A stretch of DNA of 64,000 bases from the NCBI RefSeq assembly GCF_016432865.1, contig NC_067400.1, positions 381,548,001-381,612,000 on the forward strand, written 5' to 3'. The notes beneath the pieces were generated by a model, which saw nothing but the letters and a program-made list of their open reading frames with translations, was not told where the DNA came from and did no database searches. Every line of letters begins with the position of its first letter. Position 1 is the stretch's first letter. Shown here one piece after another: positions 61,519 to 64,000 of the stretch. Made by a program: the position numbers and the translations under genes. Origin of the DNA: Antechinus flavipes. Taxonomy: Eukaryota.

Positions 61519-62272
61519 ATTTATAACACGATTCATTCAATTTAAAAATAGTAATATACATGTTGTATATAACATTTATTCTGTTTACACAAAAAGTGTT
61601 TACTTATTTGTAAACTCACAGCTAGTAATAATTCTATAGCCTACTTCCTACCCTCAGTTAACAATCATTGAGTTAAATTATAATCACAGGTAAACGAGTT
61701 GCAAATAACCTTTAGAAAATTAAGTGGGAATCAGAAGAATACTTAGAAGTATAAGAGGGAATAAAGAATGCCCTTAGGGATAAGGATGATATTTGCTACC
61801 TTTCAATTCATCCAAGAAATATTTAAAGTCAGTTTCAGAAAATTTTCCTTAAATGCTTTTAGACCTTCAGATTTCAGAGATTAAGAGATAACACTGACTC
61901 TTTCTTGTGAGGTTCTGACATAAAATAACATAAACATATGGAAATATAAGAGGTTATATGTTTTCATATTTGAAAACAAATGATCAGTTGCTTTGCTTTT
62001 TGTTTTCCTTTTTTGAGGGAGCGCTGAGATCCAGAGAGAAATACATTCCCCCAGGGCCTGTACACCAATTTAAGTCCTTATTCTTTCTCTCAAGGCCCAT
62101 TCCTTCTTCTTCCTCTTTTTGTTCAATCTTGCTAAAATAATGAGTGATTCTTTTTCCTTCACTAGAATTGTGTTTGTCTTTTTTCTTTGAATAATGACAC
62201 ATGGTCTAGTATTTCTTTCAAGTAGATAAAAGGTGAAGACTCTAGAAAACTCTAGACAATTCACAACCGAAA

Positions 62273-62281
62273 GAGGTGAGT
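62273..62281 (+). promoter_or_regulatory. Candidate 5' splice donor of an upstream exon of paralogue D
   Basis: GAG|GTGAGT, GT at 62276; would give a 432-nt intron to the AG at 62706-62707. Confidence 0.5.
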
Positions 62282-62683
62282 TCTTAGCTCTTACTGGGTG
62301 GTTTAGTTTCCAACATTCCTTCCCTTTTTTTTTCAGTACAATCTGCAGAATTTATTTTTTATTATTAATTATCTAGATGTCTTTGGGTTAATAACCCATT
62401 GTTCATAAAGGACCAAGTCACACTTCAAAGACAAGGGCAGGGAGACAGAGGTCTTACATGAGATTTCCTTTGCTATTCTTATGCCAAGGAGGGTTCTGAC
62501 AGAAAAGGAGACTAGAGTCTTTTTACAAAAGCAAAAGGAATTTGGGATTAATGGGTCATTTTAAGGTTAGGCTTTTAAAAAAAAACCTAGCTCTCAAACC
62601 CAGTCTTGGGGGAGGGAAAGTATTGGGGCTATAGTCTATAATCCAGGTTTATCATTATGTTGTATGAATTCTTGGTGAACATA

Positions 62684-62707
62684 GTTTCTTTTTTTTTTTC
62701 CTTTAAG
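62684..62707 (+). promoter_or_regulatory. Splice acceptor of paralogue D coding exon
   Basis: Poly-pyrimidine tract then AG at 62706-62707, 19 nt before the ATG. Confidence 0.7.
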
Positions 62708-62726
62708 AAAGGGGTTCACGGTCTGA

Positions 62727-63668
62727 ATGGAAAAGGAGAATCAGAGCATTGTGACTACATTCGTTCTCATGGGGATTCCTCATGCACCAGAACTAGATAT
62801 TGTCTTATTTGGAATTTTCTTAGTGATTTATGTACTCACTCTTGTGGGGAACCTCCTCATCTTGCTGGTGATCAAGGTGGACTCCCACCTTCGCACTCCC
62901 ATGTACTATTTCCTGGCCAACCTCTCTTTCATCGACATGTGGTTCTCTACTGTCACTGTGCCCAAGATACTCATGGGTCTCCTCTCCCCAGATGGTGGGG
63001 CCATTTCTTTTCGCAGTTGTGTGTCCCAGTTTTATTTCTTCCATTTTCTGGGGAGCACTGAGTGTTTTCTCTACACAGTCATGTCTTATGACCGCTACCT
63101 TGCTATCACTCATCCCTTGCACTATGCGACTATGATGAGTGGGAAAACTTGTGCCCTTTTCACTGGAAGTACATGGCTCAGTGGTTCAATACACTCTGCT
63201 GTCCAGACTATCTTGACCTTCCACCTGCCTTACTGTGGCCCCAACCAGATCCAGCATTATTTCTGTGACGCACCCCCCATTCTCAAACTGGCCTGTGCAG
63301 ATACCTCAGTCAATGAGATGGTAATCTTTGTCAACATTGGCATAGTGGCTTCTGGATGTTTTTTCCTGATTTTCCTTTCCTACATGTCCATTGTCCATGC
63401 CATCCTGAAGATCCGCACAGCAAAGGGCAGAAAAAAAGCCTTTCAGACTTGTGCTTCCCACTGCATTGTGGTCCTCTGTTTCTTTGGGCCATGTGTCTTT
63501 ATTTATCTGAGACCAGGCTCCAAAGATGCTGTGGATGGAATTGTGGCTGTTTTCTACACTGTGCTCACACCTGTGCTGAATCCCCTGGTATACACATTGA
63601 GGAACAAAGAGGTGAAGACAGCTTTGCTCAAGCTACAGAACAGAGGAATATTTGCTCAGGGAAAATAG
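62727..63668 (+). CDS. Olfactory receptor, OR10G4/7/8/9-like paralogue D (313 aa, intact, most ancestral-looking)
   Basis: Same motif set; retains FFHFLGSTE, FFxPC and AVFYTVLTP as in recalled eutherian OR10G4/7/8/9. Confidence 0.95.
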   Translation: MEKENQSIVTTFVLMGIPHAPELDIVLFGIFLVIYVLTLVGNLLILLVIKVDSHLRTPMYYFLANLSFIDMWFSTVTVPKILMGLLSPDGGAISFRSCVSQFYFFHFLGSTECFLYTVMSYDRYLAITHPLHYATMMSGKTCALFTGSTWLSGSIHSAVQTILTFHLPYCGPNQIQHYFCDAPPILKLACADTSVNEMVIFVNIGIVASGCFFLIFLSYMSIVHAILKIRTAKGRKKAFQTCASHCIVVLCFFGPCVFIYLRPGSKDAVDGIVAVFYTVLTPVLNPLVYTLRNKEVKTALLKLQNRGIFAQGK

Positions 63669-64000
63669 ACAATGGAGGGGGGGTGTTGGGGGGAAGCATG
63701 CCTATATAGTTTTTTTTTTATTCATGACTAAATACATCCATTAATTTGAGTGTTGTATTTTTAAGTATTGTATGAATAACAAAAGTAATTGTCAAAGATC
63801 TTTGTTTTGTAAACTGAAAACAAAGCTATATGTCTAGAAATCCAGTACCTCTTGTGGACATTTTTAAAAAATGATTTTTTCCCTTTTTACTTCATTTTTT
63901 TAAAGAAGCAGAATATACACTGATAGTAGATAGCCTGCCAATATCTTAAAAGTACTTGCTTAATAGCTAGCTGACATATCTGTGTATTCCAAATGTGTTG

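Noticed and set aside
56366-63709. ORFs overlapping the ORs in other frames or strands (56366, 56478, 56902, 62657, 62820, 63356; also 37367, 37514)
   Set aside because: Shadow ORFs of OR codon structure; their recurrence reflects OR paralogy, not separate genes.

Overview
AT-rich, CpG-depleted marsupial genomic DNA, most likely a dasyurid (WSINE1-type SINEs and a Tasmanian-devil-type L1 3' end), with one 133-N assembly gap. The window holds part of a class II olfactory receptor cluster. There is one intact OR10G6 orthologue on the minus strand (5707-6642) and four intact OR10G4/7/8/9-like paralogues on the plus strand, here called A (22746), B (36738), C (56273) and D (62727). They sit among L1, L2, L3, CORE-SINEs, solo LTRs and a hAT MITE. 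A, B and C arose by tandem duplication of a 14-16 kb unit. They share a ~260-bp upstream promoter/non-coding first-exon candidate ending in CAG|GTCAGT, an L2 tail at the splice acceptor, and derived binding-pocket changes including TM7 FYT->FQT. D keeps the ancestral-type protein, has a different 5' architecture and lies just downstream of a same-strand solo LTR. Other notable signals are probable gene-conversion tracts, two template-switch structures (a perfect 27-bp-stem hairpin and a 40-bp inverted templated insertion), EBF/homeodomain motif clusters and an unexplained 1.3-kb island. I cannot support a wholly new biological system from the sequence alone. Repeat subfamily names and comparisons with human genes are from memory and need database confirmation; repeat boundaries without TSDs are approximate.
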